From contig CALHJX010000368.1 of the NCBI GenBank assembly GCA_938033385.1, forward strand, positions 1 to 37,148: DNA of 37,148 bases, given 5' to 3'. Shown here piece after piece: positions 10,555-19,776 of this stretch. The notes beneath the pieces were generated by a model, which saw only the letters and a program-made list of their open reading frames with translations, was not told the origin of the DNA and did no database searches. The position numbers were made by a program, and so were the translations under genes. This DNA is from an uncultured Collinsella sp. Its GTDB lineage: Bacteria > Actinomycetota > Coriobacteriia > Coriobacteriales > Coriobacteriaceae. Within the stretch, counting starts at the first letter, position 1; each line of letters begins with the position of its first letter.

Positions 10555-11859
10555 CTACTTGAGCAGCGGCTTGGGCAACGGAATACCGGCGGCGATGACG
10601 GCGGCGATGATCATACAGACGATGCCTTTGAGCGGGAAGCACATGAGCAACAGGCCCACGACCATAACGGGTTGGCGCATGACGGCGCCCATCATCGAGG
10701 CTGTGCAGACGGCGACGCAAAAGACCGGATCGGCGCCGGTGAGGATGGCAAGGCCGTAGCCCAAGCTCACACCCGAGAAGATAACCGGGAAGAAGTGGCC
10801 GCCACGCCAACCAAGGTTGATGAGGGCGGGCGTCAGCATGGCCTTAACAAGACCGGTCGCGATCAGCATGCCGGCGGGGATGGTCAGGTAGGTTTCCATG
10901 AGCACACCGGCCTGGGTCTCGCCGGCAAACATGGTGTAGGGCAGGACCGTGCCACAGATGGCGAGCGCCAGACCGGCTAGCATGGCCTTGACGACAGGAC
11001 GTTCCCCTATTGCATGGGCAAATGCTTCGCTCGCGTGCTCAGAGACAAAGTACAGCCAGCCGCAGACCGTGCCGATCAGCGCAAGAGGAATGAGCCAAGC
11101 AAGCTCCAGGTTGCCCACCTCGGCGGCCTCAAACCTCGGCATGCCCATGCCGCCGCCCACAAGCTGGCCAAGCAGCAGGTAGGTACCCAGACCGCCGGCA
11201 ATCGCAATGCCGTAAACCACGGCCTTTTGCGCCTTGGGGAGCTTGATGGTGATCTCGTCGGATGCGGAGTCCTCAGCATCATTGGCACCCTGGCCGTCGG
11301 CGCTACCGGCAAGCGGTGCCACAAAGCCAAAGACGGGCGCGGTAAAGAGCGCCGTCAGGGCAGCCTGGGTACCCAGCAGCGTGAGTTCCCTAAACTCGGC
11401 TCCAAAGCGACGCATGCGATCGCCGACCCAGCTGCACAGTCCCGCAATGACGCCGGTCAGTCCAGCTTCCGGTCCAATGCTGCCGCCAAACAGCAGCGGC
11501 AACAGCGCGGCAAGCGACAGCTTGCCCAGATTTTCGTAGGGGTAGCACCCATCCTGTTTGACCTTGGTCATGACCTGGTTAAGGTCATCGGTCTTGGTGC
11601 CCGTCATCTTTTCGTACAGGCCAATCAGCAGACCGCCCAGCATGCAGACGAAAAACGGGTACGGCAAAAAGCCAAACGGGCCGTTCGCGAGCTCGGGCGA
11701 AGCGACGCCCAGCGCGTGCGGAATCTCGGTCCATAGATAGTCGATACCGTGCTCCATCGCAAAAAAGAACAGCCAGACCGCGGCACCTGCGAACGCACCG
11801 GTCACGGCAACGCTAACTAAAAACAGCGCGCGGTTTGTGGGTTTGGCAAGGTTATCCAT
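10555..11859 (-). CDS. ClC family chloride channel/transporter (atypical, YfeO-like)
   Basis: Multi-TM protein with GGSIGPEAG, FTAPVFG and GWRGGHFFP motifs. Confidence 0.85.
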   Translation of the reverse strand: MDNLAKPTNRALFLVSVAVTGAFAGAAVWLFFFAMEHGIDYLWTEIPHALGVASPELANGPFGFLPYPFFVCMLGGLLIGLYEKMTGTKTDDLNQVMTKVKQDGCYPYENLGKLSLAALLPLLFGGSIGPEAGLTGVIAGLCSWVGDRMRRFGAEFRELTLLGTQAALTALFTAPVFGFVAPLAGSADGQGANDAEDSASDEITIKLPKAQKAVVYGIAIAGGLGTYLLLGQLVGGGMGMPRFEAAEVGNLELAWLIPLALIGTVCGWLYFVSEHASEAFAHAIGERPVVKAMLAGLALAICGTVLPYTMFAGETQAGVLMETYLTIPAGMLIATGLVKAMLTPALINLGWRGGHFFPVIFSGVSLGYGLAILTGADPVFCVAVCTASMMGAVMRQPVMVVGLLLMCFPLKGIVCMIIAAVIAAGIPLPKPLLK

Positions 11860-11984
11860 CGGGTCCTCCCGCGGTCAAAGTCGACATAGATGCGTTTTAT
11901 TGTAGAGCGAGCGTTGCCCGAACGAGCCAACCATCCACGCCGCGAACGGCACCATTGGGAGCCATAGTGGGGCAGGCTCAAGAC

Positions 11985-12518
11985 TTATCCGTTGATAATC
12001 GAAGCAATCTCGCTCAAATCGTCGGCAAAGTAGATGCCCTGCTGGCGCCGTGGGCTCGATAGCCCTTTATCAATCATGTGCCCGAGCAGTGCCTTGAGGT
12101 CGTTGTAGTAACCGTCCAGGTTATACAGGATGCACGGAGCACTCAGGTGCCCCAACGACACCGCGGACATAACCTCGGCAATCTCCTCGAGCGTGCCCGT
12201 CCCGCCGGGAAAGGCAATGAAGGCATCGCCAAGCTCGATCATCTTGGCTTTACGCTCGGCCATATCGCTCGTCACGATGAGGTCGTCGATACCGTCATGT
12301 TGAAACTCGGCCTCGATAAAAAAGCTCGGCTCAACACCCGTCACGTGTCCACCTGCCTCGAGTACGCTATCGGCGAGCGCGCCCATCAGTCCCGACTTGG
12401 ACCCGCCGTATACCAGCGCGTGTCCGTTGGCGCCAATCCAGCTGCCTAGTTCCTGTACCGCGGGCAGAAATGCCGGGTCATTGCCGGCACTGGCGCCCAG
12501 ATACACGGTGATATTCAT
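11985..12518 (-). CDS. LOG family (TIGR00730-type) Rossmann-fold nucleotide phosphoribohydrolase
   Basis: LVYGG, GLMG, ERKAKM and PGGTGTLEE motifs. Confidence 0.92.
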   Translation of the reverse strand: MNITVYLGASAGNDPAFLPAVQELGSWIGANGHALVYGGSKSGLMGALADSVLEAGGHVTGVEPSFFIEAEFQHDGIDDLIVTSDMAERKAKMIELGDAFIAFPGGTGTLEEIAEVMSAVSLGHLSAPCILYNLDGYYNDLKALLGHMIDKGLSSPRRQQGIYFADDLSEIASIING

Positions 12519-12553
12519 TTCAGTCCCCCTTGTTGTGGCGCACGACGTTCGTT

Positions 12554-12979
12554 TTAGCGCTGGCGTCGACGATACTCGCGCACGCGGCGCGACAGGTCGG
12601 CGAGCTCGTCACGATCGAGCTCTTCCAAATGCTCCAGATCGTCCATAAAGCGCGCCATGGTGTCCTTTTGGCGCAGCTTGATGAGCGTATTGCAGTAGTT
12701 CACCGCCACACCCGTGAGCATGGCGATGTAGAAGATGCTGATAACGCTCAGGACAACGGTAATGGCGCGGGCAACCGGCGTTTCGGCCGGGATATCGCCA
12801 AAGCCGATGGTCGAGACCGTCTCGAAGCTAAACCAAAGTCCATCGCCAAAGGTGAGGGTCGTAGGCTCGGACAGCCAGACGGCCGTCGAACATAGCAGGT
12901 AAAAGATAAGAAACAGGCCCGTGATGCGCGCAAAGCCAGCCTGGCGCAACACGTCGGCAAGCGTCCTCAACTTGTTCAT
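12554..12979 (-). CDS. Two-TM potassium channel family protein
   Basis: Pore helix and filter GLWFSFETVSTIGFGD between two TM helices. Start taken at ATG 12979 after AAAAGGGG. Confidence 0.88.
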   Translation of the reverse strand: MNKLRTLADVLRQAGFARITGLFLIFYLLCSTAVWLSEPTTLTFGDGLWFSFETVSTIGFGDIPAETPVARAITVVLSVISIFYIAMLTGVAVNYCNTLIKLRQKDTMARFMDDLEHLEELDRDELADLSRRVREYRRRQR

Positions 12980-13032
12980 CGCGACCCCTTTTCCCAGACG
13001 CCCAATCACGTTTGCTCGGTATTGTCCCACAA

Positions 13033-13090
13033 CCGGCAGTTAGGGACGTTCCTTTTGTGCCGGCAGAAAGGGACTGTCCCCAACTGCCGG
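13033..13090. repeat. 58-bp REP-like imperfect palindrome, copy C (variant flanks)
   Basis: CCGGCAGTTAGGGACGTTCCTTTTGTGCC|GGCAGAAAGGGACTGTCCCCAACTGCCGG; same length, geometry and GGGAC core as copies A and B. Confidence 0.8.
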
Positions 13091-13144
13091 GCGGGAGCGT
13101 TTAGCGGTGCAGCCGCCGGCTAGGCAGGCTGAGCTGGTATCCTT

Positions 13145-15982
13145 ATGCGGTATTGTCTCGATTCGTTAGGATTGCACGTGAGAGCTACCGTCGCCCTTCG
13201 TTTAGTTATATCTCGCGCCTTGGTCATCGTGCTTGTCGCGCTTACCGTGCTGAGCGCCGCCGCGCCCGCCCCCGTCTATGCCGCCAACACCGATCAGCCA
13301 GTCAAGACGGTCCGCGTTGGTTGGCTCGTCAACAACGAGGGCTTCCAGGACGGCACCCCCGGCGAGCGTCTCTCGGGATGGGGTTACGAGTACCTCCAGA
13401 CCCTGTCGTACTACACGCCCGGCTGGCGGTACGAATACGTCTCCGGCACCTTCACCGAACTTATGGACATGCTCGAGGCGGGCGAGATCGACCTCATGCC
13501 CAACATCTCCTACTCCGAGGAACGCGCCCAAAAGCTGCTCTTTTCCTCGAACCCCGAGGGCACCGAGCGCTACTACATCTACGCCAAGCCCGAGCGCGAC
13601 GATCTGGCCAAGGGTGACCCCCAAGCGCTCCAAGGCCTTACCATCGGCTGCAACCCCGGCGTTATGCAAACCTCCGTTGGCCAGCAGTGGCTCGCCAACG
13701 AAGGAATCACCTGCACATACAGGGAGTATGACGGGAACTCCGTTCTCTTTGACGCGCTCGCAAACAACGAGGTCGATGCCATTATCATGAACGACACGGC
13801 CTCGTCGCCCAGCGCCTCCCCCATGTTCTACATTGGTTCGAGCGACTACTATTTTGCCGTCCCCAAAAGCCGCCCCGACCTGATGGACGACATCAATGCC
13901 GCCATGTCGGCAATCGCCCGCGTCAACCCACGCTATATCGACGAAGTCAAATCTAACTACTCGGCCCAAAACAGCGGTTCATCATCGCTCAACGGCCCCG
14001 AACGTTCCTGGCTCAAAGCAAATGACAACACCATCACGCTCGGCTACATTACGGGCAAACTCCCCTACTGCAACGAAGACGAAAACGGCGAAATGGAAGG
14101 CTCGCTCACATCGCTTGCGACGACGCTACACGATAAATTTGGCATTACGGTCAAAACCGTCGCCTTTGATAGCTACAAGATGATGTCAAAGGCCCTGTCA
14201 GAGGGAAGCATAGACGTTGCGCTGCCGGCATACCGAGATTACTGGTTCGCCGAGCAATCAGGCGTTGTGCAGTCGGTATCGTTGGGGACCATGCCCCTCA
14301 CCGCCATCCACACCGGCAGCAACCTGAACAAAGACCTTCAGAACATCGCCTGCACCAAATCATCGTTTGTCAACAAAAATGCACTTGAAAGTCTGTTCCC
14401 CACAGCGACCGTAACCGAATACCAATCCGACGATGAAGCGTTCGACGCCCTCAGGAAGGGAACGGCACACTGCATCGTCGCTCCCAGTTCACGCGTAAAA
14501 ACCATCGGTGACCGTTATGATCTCGAGGACTGCGAGACGGTCGAGCTCCCTGACACCTGTGACCTCGCGTGCTTGATGTCGCGCGGCAAGCCCGAGCTGT
14601 TGGGAATCATCAACAAGGGCATCATCAATGCCGGAGAATCGCTCTCCGCAAGCAATTTCTCCTCCACGTCGTACACGGCCCAGGAATCCAACACGCTTCA
14701 ATTCCTTTACCGCAACCGCACCGCCATTGCAGCTACCCTCATCGGTATGTTGTCGGTCGGCATCGTCCTGCTCATCTGGGCGCTCGTGCGCGCTCGAACC
14801 GAGCGCAAAAAAGCCGATGCTGCCAACGCCGCTAAGACGGCATTCCTCACGCGCATGAGCCACGACATCCGTACGCCGCTCAACGGTATCCTGGGCCTTA
14901 TCGAAATTGAAGAATTGAAGGAAGGCGATATGCAAGTCGCCCGCGAGAGCCGTGCCAAGGCGCGCGTTGCCGCCAATCACCTGCTCTCGCTGATCAACGA
15001 CATCCTCGAGATGGGAAAAATCGAAGACCGCAAGCTAACACTGGAACATGCGCCTTTTAACCTCAAAGAGCTTTGTGATGATACGCTGGTGCTGTGCAAG
15101 CTCCGCGCGTCCAGTAACGGCATCACAATGCAGGACAATAGTCTGCCGTACGCCACGGGGCCATACGTAATCGGCAGTCCCACCCATATCCGACAGGTCA
15201 TGATCAACCTGTTAGACAACAGCATTAAGTACAACAAGCACGGCGGCTCCGTCACCTTTAGTTCACAGACCAAGCCACTCGATAACGGGCGCGCGCTCTT
15301 TTGCTTTAGCGTTTCGGATACCGGCATTGGCATGGCTCCCGAGTTTTTAAAGCATATCTATGAGCCGTTTGCCCAAGAAGGTGACGATGCGCGCAGCAAG
15401 TTCCAAGGAACCGGCATGGGCATGCCAATCGTCAAGTCGCTTATTGAACTGATGGGCGGCACCATCGAAGTCACCAGCGAACTCCATGTGGGCACCACGT
15501 TCTACGTGGAAATTCCGCTCGATATCGACAAGAACCCCCGGGCGCGGGCGAATACGGTCGAGAGGGCGCTCGACTGCTCGCTCGCCGACATGAACGTGCT
15601 GCTCGCCGAAGACAACGAATTGAATGCCGAGATTGCCCAGACGCTGCTAGAATCCGAGGGCGTCGTGGTCACCCGCGCCGTCAACGGCAACGAAGTCGTC
15701 GATCTGTACCTGTCTCATCCCGCCGGCAGCTTCGATGCGATCCTGATGGACATTATGATGCCGGACATGGACGGTTACGAGGCAACCCGCGCGATTCGCC
15801 TGAGCGAGAAGGTCGATGCAGCCGATATCCCCATCATCGCGCTCACCGCCAATGCCTTTGCCGAGGACGCCAAGGCGGCACACGACGCCGGCATGAACGC
15901 CCATCTGTCCAAACCGCTCGACTTTAACAAGCTCAAAAACATACTCGCCCGCATCAAGAAAAACGGATCCGTTTCGCTATAG
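13145..15982 (+). CDS. Hybrid sensor histidine kinase/response regulator with two N-terminal solute-binding (SBP family 3-like) domains
   Basis: Signal-like N-terminus, TVRVGW...GEIDLM SBP repeats, one TM, H-box RMSHDIRTPLNGI, NLLDNSIKY, DTGIGM, GTGMGM, receiver ILMDIMMP. Exact start uncertain. Confidence 0.93.
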   Translation: MRYCLDSLGLHVRATVALRLVISRALVIVLVALTVLSAAAPAPVYAANTDQPVKTVRVGWLVNNEGFQDGTPGERLSGWGYEYLQTLSYYTPGWRYEYVSGTFTELMDMLEAGEIDLMPNISYSEERAQKLLFSSNPEGTERYYIYAKPERDDLAKGDPQALQGLTIGCNPGVMQTSVGQQWLANEGITCTYREYDGNSVLFDALANNEVDAIIMNDTASSPSASPMFYIGSSDYYFAVPKSRPDLMDDINAAMSAIARVNPRYIDEVKSNYSAQNSGSSSLNGPERSWLKANDNTITLGYITGKLPYCNEDENGEMEGSLTSLATTLHDKFGITVKTVAFDSYKMMSKALSEGSIDVALPAYRDYWFAEQSGVVQSVSLGTMPLTAIHTGSNLNKDLQNIACTKSSFVNKNALESLFPTATVTEYQSDDEAFDALRKGTAHCIVAPSSRVKTIGDRYDLEDCETVELPDTCDLACLMSRGKPELLGIINKGIINAGESLSASNFSSTSYTAQESNTLQFLYRNRTAIAATLIGMLSVGIVLLIWALVRARTERKKADAANAAKTAFLTRMSHDIRTPLNGILGLIEIEELKEGDMQVARESRAKARVAANHLLSLINDILEMGKIEDRKLTLEHAPFNLKELCDDTLVLCKLRASSNGITMQDNSLPYATGPYVIGSPTHIRQVMINLLDNSIKYNKHGGSVTFSSQTKPLDNGRALFCFSVSDTGIGMAPEFLKHIYEPFAQEGDDARSKFQGTGMGMPIVKSLIELMGGTIEVTSELHVGTTFYVEIPLDIDKNPRARANTVERALDCSLADMNVLLAEDNELNAEIAQTLLESEGVVVTRAVNGNEVVDLYLSHPAGSFDAILMDIMMPDMDGYEATRAIRLSEKVDAADIPIIALTANAFAEDAKAAHDAGMNAHLSKPLDFNKLKNILARIKKNGSVSL

Positions 15983-16024
15983 TTTGTGCTCAACCACCAC
16001 GCACGACCAGAAAGGAAGCCAACG

Positions 16025-16504
16025 ATGTTTAGGCCCTTACGTCGAAAGAAACGCGCCATCACTGACGAGGAAGCGCGCGAACTGCTCGCTACCTGCAAGC
16101 GCGGCGTCTTTGCCGTCAACGGCGACGATGGCTACCCGTACGCCATTCCCGTCAACTACTTCTTTGACGCCGAGCACGACAAGATTTATTTCCATGGCGC
16201 CAAAGCCGGCCACAAGGTCGACGCACTCAAGCGCGATGACAAGGTCTGCTTTACCGTTTACGGCAACGAGTGGCACAAGGACGGTGACTGGGCTCCCTAC
16301 GTTATGAGTACCGTGGTCTTTGGCCGCTGTCGCCTGGCGAACGACACTCCCGCGTTTATCGAAGACAAAGTCCGCCAGCTCGCCCTTAAGTACTACCCTT
16401 CCGCCGAGGAAGTCGAAGAGGAAATCGCCAAGGACATTAAGGGCGTCCAGCTCTACGAGATTACGATTGAGCATCTCTGCGGCAAGCAGATTCAGGAAAA
16501 GTAA
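16025..16504 (+). CDS. Pyridoxamine 5'-phosphate oxidase-like / NimA-like flavin-binding protein
   Basis: MFRPLRRKKR, GYPYAIPVNY, IYFHGAKAGHK, VCFTV, STVVFG. Start at ATG 16025 after GAAAGGA. Confidence 0.88.
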   Translation: MFRPLRRKKRAITDEEARELLATCKRGVFAVNGDDGYPYAIPVNYFFDAEHDKIYFHGAKAGHKVDALKRDDKVCFTVYGNEWHKDGDWAPYVMSTVVFGRCRLANDTPAFIEDKVRQLALKYYPSAEEVEEEIAKDIKGVQLYEITIEHLCGKQIQEK

Positions 16505-16531
16505 GCCCCTCAGCAGGCCTCATCAATAACA

Positions 16532-16571
16532 ATATGGCCTGGTTCCAACCCACCTTGGAACCAGGCCATAT
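16532..16571. terminator. 17-bp perfect hairpin between convergent genes
   Basis: ATATGGCCTGGTTCCAA-CCCACC-TTGGAACCAGGCCATAT. Confidence 0.8.
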
Positions 16572-16573
16572 GC

Positions 16574-18766
16574 TTATAGAGCGTCGGCGGCTATGTGCGC
16601 AAGCGCCTCAATGAGCTCCTGCGAGCTCACGGGTTTACTCAGGTGCGCGTTCATGCCCGCCTCACGCGAAAGCCTGCGGTCGTCGGCAAAGGCGTTGGCG
16701 CTCACGGCGATAATCGGCGTGGTCGCGGCATCCTCGCGATCGAGTGCTCGAATCTGACGTGTGGCCTCAAGGCCATCGATGCCCGGCATCATGATGTCCA
16801 TCAACACCACGTCGTACTCGTGCGGCACGCTCGCGGCAAACATCTCGACGGCAGACTCACCATCCCTAGCGTGTGTCACGACGGCACCGGCACGGCTGAG
16901 CGTAAACTGCGCGATCTCGGCATTCAGATCGTTATCCTCTACGAGCAAAACGCGCAAGCCCTGGAGTGCATCGCCGTCTCCCGCGTCCACGCGCACAGCC
17001 TGAGGAATCTCGGAGCGCTTGCATTTCTCGAACGGCAGGCGGATGGTAAACGTCGTCCCCTGCCCCAAGACGCTCGTAAAACTCATGGTTCCGCCCATAA
17101 GCTCGACCAACTGTTTTGCGATAGGCGCGCCCAGGCCAGTTCCCGATGAAGCGCCTTCCACCTGTTGCCCCTCACGGCAAAACGGCTCGTAGAGGCGCTG
17201 TTGGAACTCCTCGCTCATGCCAATACCGTTGTCGGCGATCGTGTATTCATAGACGGGGACGCCATCCGCTGGCTCCACCTCGCGGCACACCAGGCGAACA
17301 TAGCCGCCCTGGCGGTTGTACTTGACGGCATTGCCGGCAATATTGAGCAACAAGCGCTTGAGGTGCGTCACGCTCACCCGCGCATAGGGATGATTAAGCG
17401 TCTGCTGGTCGCAGATAATTGTCACCAGACGCTCCTCGGCCTGGCGCTCCAGAATATCGCGCACCTCGTGGTTGAGGGTCACCAAGTTTGTGGGAACAAG
17501 CTCCAGATCGATTTGCCCGCTCTCCAGGCGACTCATATCCAGGGCCTCGTTGGCAAGGTCGAGCAGCAGTCCCGATGCCGTCCAGATCTTTGAGCGGCAC
17601 TCAGTCTGCTTTTGCAGATCGTCCGCATTGGCATCGCCAACCTCGACCATGCCGCGAATGCCGTTGATGGGCGTGCGCAGATCGTGGCTCATGCGACGCA
17701 AAAACTCCGTCTTTGCCGAGTTGGCAGACGAGGCCTCACACGCCGCCTTTGCCAGCTTGTCGCCATAGTCGCGCTCCTGCTGCAGCAAGTCCGTCAAACG
17801 TCGACGATCAGCGCGGCGACGCACCGTCACAACAACGGCTATAACACCGCCGTAGAGCACCAGCACGCCGGCGGCAACAGCCGCGGCGACCTCAAAGTAG
17901 CGCTGCGCCGAGGCATAGGTGTACACATAGAATTTGTGCGCTTTTCCAAATGTGCCCAAATACCACTCGCCGTCGGCGTTAACCAATCTAACCTTACCAG
18001 CCAGGCATCGATCCTTAATACCGTCGACAATAAAGACATCCGTCGCAGGCAGATCGAACACGCCCAATACGGTGGGTTCAACGGCATTGGTCGCAACGAC
18101 CTTGCCGTCGCTTTCGATCACGATATTGCCGCTATCGATGGTTTCATAGCCATCAAGCAAGCTCTGCAGTTTGAGTGTATTGCTTGCAACCGCTTTCGCG
18201 CTCTGATGCCTTACCGCGATAACGATGCCCTCGCCATCCTGCCGAGTCACGCAGCCAATGTCTGCGACCGAATCATCCGCAAGCGTGATGCGGGCAGTAT
18301 AGGACTTAAGCGGATGAGTTGCCACCTCAAGCACGGGTGATTCTTTGAGATACGTAGCGAGCGACCCGTAGTCCACATCGCCCGTCGAGGACTCGGACAC
18401 CAAATTGCCCGATGCGTCCGTCACGATCAGCGCGCTCACGTTGAACTGGTCGGCGTATTGCTCCAGCATGGCGTTATCCACCGAACCGTCGCGCTCCATA
18501 TCGCGGGCAGCCTCTCCGGCGATCTCCATAACGCGAATCAGGTTTTTGGTCGTATAGGCGCTGTTGAATGCATCGTAGGAAAGGCTCTGCGTCGCCACGT
18601 AATCGACAACGTCGGCAAAGCGCTGCTCGGCTTGGGCCGTCGTGTAATCGTAGCTCATCATGCCGGCAACAACCGAGAGCGCTATCCCCAGCAGAGCGAC
18701 AAGGAGCCATGCCCCTGTCGAACGATTGTCCCGCTCCTGAGCGGCGTGGTCGGGCGCATCGATCAT
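16574..18766 (-). CDS. Hybrid sensor histidine kinase/response regulator (2 TM, extracytoplasmic sensor domain)
   Basis: Two TM helices flanking a roughly 250-aa outer domain; RMSHDLRTPINGI, NIAGNAVKY, DNGIGM, GTGLG; receiver VLMDIMMP. Confidence 0.93.
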   Translation of the reverse strand: MIDAPDHAAQERDNRSTGAWLLVALLGIALSVVAGMMSYDYTTAQAEQRFADVVDYVATQSLSYDAFNSAYTTKNLIRVMEIAGEAARDMERDGSVDNAMLEQYADQFNVSALIVTDASGNLVSESSTGDVDYGSLATYLKESPVLEVATHPLKSYTARITLADDSVADIGCVTRQDGEGIVIAVRHQSAKAVASNTLKLQSLLDGYETIDSGNIVIESDGKVVATNAVEPTVLGVFDLPATDVFIVDGIKDRCLAGKVRLVNADGEWYLGTFGKAHKFYVYTYASAQRYFEVAAAVAAGVLVLYGGVIAVVVTVRRRADRRRLTDLLQQERDYGDKLAKAACEASSANSAKTEFLRRMSHDLRTPINGIRGMVEVGDANADDLQKQTECRSKIWTASGLLLDLANEALDMSRLESGQIDLELVPTNLVTLNHEVRDILERQAEERLVTIICDQQTLNHPYARVSVTHLKRLLLNIAGNAVKYNRQGGYVRLVCREVEPADGVPVYEYTIADNGIGMSEEFQQRLYEPFCREGQQVEGASSGTGLGAPIAKQLVELMGGTMSFTSVLGQGTTFTIRLPFEKCKRSEIPQAVRVDAGDGDALQGLRVLLVEDNDLNAEIAQFTLSRAGAVVTHARDGESAVEMFAASVPHEYDVVLMDIMMPGIDGLEATRQIRALDREDAATTPIIAVSANAFADDRRLSREAGMNAHLSKPVSSQELIEALAHIAADAL

Positions 18767-19632
18767 GACAGGCCCTCCATATTCAAAAATGGCGAAGGGT
18801 CATCGAAGTACTTTGACACCAGGCGTTCCATGGTGCCATCGGCAAGCATTTCTTGGTAGGCATGAGTGAGCTTGACGTCGATGCCACGCGTATCGTTGAT
18901 ATCGAAAGCGGTGCCCAAACCGACCTCTAGCAGCGGCTCATCCAAAATGCGATATGTCACACCATAGTCTTTTTCGTAGGTGAGGAACGAGGACTCATGC
19001 GCGGCGATAGCGTCGACCAGGCCCTCGACGAGCGCCGGGTTCAGGTATGAACCGTCCGAAAAGCTGTAGAGTTCCTTGATCTGCGGAACGTTTTCATTTA
19101 TGCGATTGAGCAAAATGTCCTCGGGCTTGGTGGTGGACTGAACCGCCACGATCTTATCCTCAAGATCGGCAAGCGTGTAGATATCGCTCTGGGGATCGAC
19201 CGCGACCACCTGGCGGCTCGCAAGGTACGGGCCGGCCCAACGATATTCGTTTTCGCGACCCGTCATACTAAAGCTGCCCATGACACAATCGAGTTCGCCG
19301 CTCGCCAGCAGCTCCTTCTTCTTTTCCCAGTCGATCAGCTGGTATTTTGGCTTGTAACCAATGCGAGTCAAAGCCTCGGTCAATATCTCGACATCCAGGC
19401 CAACGATATCGCCGTACTCGTCGGTATACACAAACGGTGGATAGAGGTCGCTGCCGACGTTGAGCGTCTTAAGGTTGTCGTCTTTGGCCTGCGAGGCATC
19501 CAGGCCTTCTAATGCAGACGTCGAGGCTCTGCCATTCGACCCGGAACAGCCGGCTATCGCTACGACAAAGGCGCACGCTACCGCAAGCGCAACAAACAAC
19601 GAAATGGCAACCGAGCGACGGGACCTTTTCAT
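18763..19632 (-). CDS. Amino-acid-type solute-binding lipoprotein (SBP family 3)
   Basis: Start reassigned to MKRSRR at 19632; lipobox IAGC; YPPF, GLDVE, WAGPY motifs; its stop overlaps the kinase start (ATGA). Confidence 0.9.
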   Translation of the reverse strand: MKRSRRSVAISLFVALAVACAFVVAIAGCSGSNGRASTSALEGLDASQAKDDNLKTLNVGSDLYPPFVYTDEYGDIVGLDVEILTEALTRIGYKPKYQLIDWEKKKELLASGELDCVMGSFSMTGRENEYRWAGPYLASRQVVAVDPQSDIYTLADLEDKIVAVQSTTKPEDILLNRINENVPQIKELYSFSDGSYLNPALVEGLVDAIAAHESSFLTYEKDYGVTYRILDEPLLEVGLGTAFDINDTRGIDVKLTHAYQEMLADGTMERLVSKYFDDPSPFLNMEGLS

Positions 19633-19724
19633 CGAGCTCCATACGATCCTGTTTACAGACTGAAATGGTAAAAAATAATAGCAAACAAAACCACACGAGT
19701 GCCCAATGGCTACAGACGTTTTAC

Positions 19725-19766
19725 CATGTGGGGCCTTCCAGCCGACTTGGCAGAAGGCCCCGCATG
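19725..19766. terminator. Hairpin downstream of malY/patB
   Basis: CATGTGGGGCCTTC-N14-GAAGGCCCCGCATG; no strong U tract. Confidence 0.55.
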
Positions 19767-19776
19767 CAGTGCTCAC

